In this document: positions 61,173-64,000 of the stretch, in pieces
How positions within the stretch are numbered: position 1 is the first letter of the stretch
How the letters are laid out: each line of letters begins with the position of its first letter
Origin: Macrostomum lignano
Lineage: Eukaryota
Assembly (NCBI GenBank): GCA_002269645.1
Contig: NIVC01001013.1
Coordinates: 123,142 to 187,141 of the forward strand
Direction: 5' to 3'
Length of the DNA stretch: 64,000 nt
Program-made: the position numbers and the translations under genes
The notes under the pieces: generated by a model
What the model saw: only the letters and a program-made list of their open reading frames with translations
Databases searched by the model: none
What the model was told of the DNA's origin: nothing

Positions 61173-62403
61173 ACATGGATTACATAATACGAGGATACAA
61201 CCTTATAAGCAATATTCACAAACTGCTTCTCACCTTAAAGAGGCTTAGCCGAGGTAGAATCCGCCTCCCTGTCGCACTCATTTATTTAGTTAGCGTTGAT
61301 TCAGCACGGTGACGTCAGCTGATTTAATCGTACGCCTTGAGAATCGGGATATAGCAACTATTAGTACAGCGCCTCGATCCCAGTGGCATTAATAGATCAG
61401 TCAGTCAGTTCTGCTCCACACAGAGAATGCTCTAGCTAGATTCAAAATGCCTGTGAGAGCGCGCCAAGGCCAAACAATTCTTTCTTAATTCCTTTTTGGA
61501 GCGAAGCCCGACAAACTGCAGACTTGGCGAGTATTGGCGGGGGGCGGCGCCACTGCCGGCACACTCTCCGCGGGGGCTGGGCGCCGGTCGCGGATGCGTA
61601 CACTTGTACTTTCCCGCCTCGCCCTCCCCTCCTGCCCTCTCCTCCCCCCTCCCATGGCTCCCACTTTGTCGCAGTTTTGGCCTAGATCTGGGAACAGTTT
61701 GCGGGCATGGGAACCGCCTGGGGGGGGGGGCATCGGGTGGGAGTTGCAAGATCTCCCTGGCAATCGTGGGAGACCCGTAGACCGACTCTGGCCAATCGCA
61801 GCTGGGGGCTGAAGGCTAAAGTTTAATCCGCAGACCGATTAGCAACACGGCAGCGGAGCAGTCGAGTTTGTATTGGCTAAACAGTAACGAAGCTCGCTAG
61901 CCTCCCGATACACATTCTGTACCCAGTGACAGCTGAAAACAGCGATACTATCATTTTGGCAGAGCCAAGGAGGGGGCGGAGTCATTAGAGAGTTGAGCAC
62001 ACTTAAAATAAAGAGCTGGCCAGGCTGAAGGATACTAACAGCTTAGCAGCTAGCGGTCTCAATGGTCCTGGTCTGGCCATGCATAAAATGTTCTGCATTT
62101 TGAGGGCCAAAATTTTATTTAGCTTTTTCCTTTTCTAACTTTGGTGTAGTACCAACCGCAGACCCCACTACACAGAGGTGAATTCTTTGCGAAAGAATTT
62201 TTTTCCCTAAAAAACGGACAGGTATAGTGGTGGTTAGACAAGTGAAATCCTCGCTTCAAGCCAACTTCGCTAAGCTCTCTCTGTTTACGGTGTTGTCGAA
62301 AAAATTCCCAACTTCGGCGGACTGTCCTGCGGCACAAAAAATCTCTTTTCGCGCTTGCATCCGCTTTTGACCCTATGGGGCGGACTTGCATGCGGCCTCG
62401 AAG

Positions 62404-63408
62404 CCCAGAATTGCATGAAATCCCTACATCCCAGAATTGCATGAAATCCCTACATCCCAGAATTGCATGAAATCCCTACATCCCAGAATTGCATGAAATC
62501 CCTACATCCCAGAATTGCATGAAATCCCTACATCCCAAAATTGCATGAAATCCCTACATCCCAAAATTGCATGAAATCCCTACATCCCAAAATTGCATGA
62601 AATCCCTACATCCCAGAATTGCATGAAATCCCTACATCCCAGAATTGCATGAAATCCCTACATCCCAGAACTGCATGAAATCCCTACATCCCAGAATTGC
62701 ATGAAATCCCTACATCCCTGAATTGCATGAAATCCCTACATCCCAGAATTGCATGAAATTCCTACATCCCAGAATTGCATGAAATCCCTACATCCCAGAA
62801 TTGCATGAAATCCCTACATCCCTGAATTGCATGAAATCCCTACATCCCTGAATTGCATGAAATCCCTACATCCCAGAATTGCATGAAATCCCTACATCAC
62901 TGAATTGCATGAAATCCCTACATCCCTGAATTGCATGAAATCCCTACATCCCAGAATTGCATGAAATCCCTACATCCCAGAATTGCATGAAATCCCTACA
63001 TCCCAGAATTGCATGAAATCCCTACATCCCAGAATTGCATGAAATCCCTACATCTCAGAATTGCATGAAATCCCTACATCCAAGAATTGCATGAAATCCC
63101 TACATTCCAGAATTGCATGAAATCCCTACATTCCAGAATTGCATGAAATCCCTACATCCCAGAATTGCATGAAATCCCTACATCCCAGAATTGCATGCAA
63201 TCCCTACATCCCTGAATTGCATGAAATCCCTACATCCCAGATTTGCATGAAATCCCTACATCCCTGAATTGCATGAAATCCCTACATCCCTGAATTGCAT
63301 GAAATCCCTACATCCCATCCCAGAATTGCATGAAATCCCTACATCCCAGAATTGCATGAAATCCCTACATCCCAGAATTCCATAAAATCCCTACATCCCA
63401 GAATTGCA
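62404..63408. repeat. 26-bp satellite CCCAGAATTGCATGAAATCCCTACAT, ~38 copies
   Basis: Seen directly. Confidence 0.98.
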
Positions 63409-63913
63409 AATAGCGCCGAAAATTCCAGAATTATATGAAAATTTACATTTTTAATACTTTTCTACATTTTCAGTTCTGTAAAATGTCCGTGCTCGTTGAA
63501 ATTAAAAAGAAATGAATGCAGAAAATCAATTTTTTAAAAACCAAATATCGAATTCTACCCGATTCTATACTAGATAAAAGCCAGATCGATGGGCCAAGGG
63601 AAAACTAACTGATAAATAATTATGAATAATTATGCATAATTATCAATAATCAGCTCGCTGCCCAGTGCCCAGCCGCTAATATCTTCAAACAACATCCGCC
63701 GGTCTGAGCAATTATTAATCTGCCAGCCGACTCCACGCAGCTGGTGCTGAGCCAAGGACAAGCCCCAGCTAACCAGCAATTATATTTCATAAATTATCCA
63801 CATTCAGTCTGCTCTGAGTCCGCACTCCAGGCAGCTCTGGCCTCGCGAGATTAATTTTTTCTACAAAGAATAAGTAGAAAAAATTATTTTGGGGGTATGG
63901 GAGATCAGAAATT

Positions 63914-64000
63914 GGGATCGGGAATGGGGGATCGGGAATGGGAGATCGGGAATGGGGGATCGGGAATGGGGGTCGGGAATGGGGGATCGGGAATGGGGAT
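63914..64000. repeat. G-rich 14-bp tandem repeat ATCGGGAATGGGGG (runs off the window end)
   Basis: Seen directly. Confidence 0.9.

Noticed and set aside
51512-63408. 26-42-bp repeat arrays as CRISPR loci
   Set aside because: The units are directly tandem with no unique spacers, there are no cas genes, and the context is eukaryotic.

Overview
Eukaryotic, intron-containing, repeat-rich genomic DNA. The GC-rich CAG/GCA-laden exons, AT-rich introns and many minisatellites resemble a free-living flatworm such as Macrostomum; this is inference, not verified. Supported genes are a gamma-butyrobetaine dioxygenase (BBOX1-like, broken by a 1-nt frameshift), a two-exon DUSP-fold pseudophosphatase, an odd-skipped-related zinc-finger gene, three rhodopsin-class GPCRs, a 71-aa secreted six-cysteine peptide and a syntenin-like tandem-PDZ protein. 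Mobile DNA includes an intact DD34D mariner with 198-bp TIRs, a ~1.06-kb foldback element (~400-bp TIRs, 8-bp TSD, THAP exon; P/Galileo-like) and a Tc1-like deletion derivative. There are also several MITEs, decayed non-LTR and BEL/Pao fragments, and three tRNA-derived SINE families, one with a CORE domain. About a dozen tandem arrays are present; none is a CRISPR array, and no intact tRNA or rRNA gene was found. The most notable observations are the long-TIR mariner sitting ~75 bp from a GPCR start, the THAP foldback element, the orphan Cys-rich peptide, the Cys/Arg-dead phosphatase, a four-site AP-1 cluster upstream of a motif-degenerate GPCR, and two sibling satellites.
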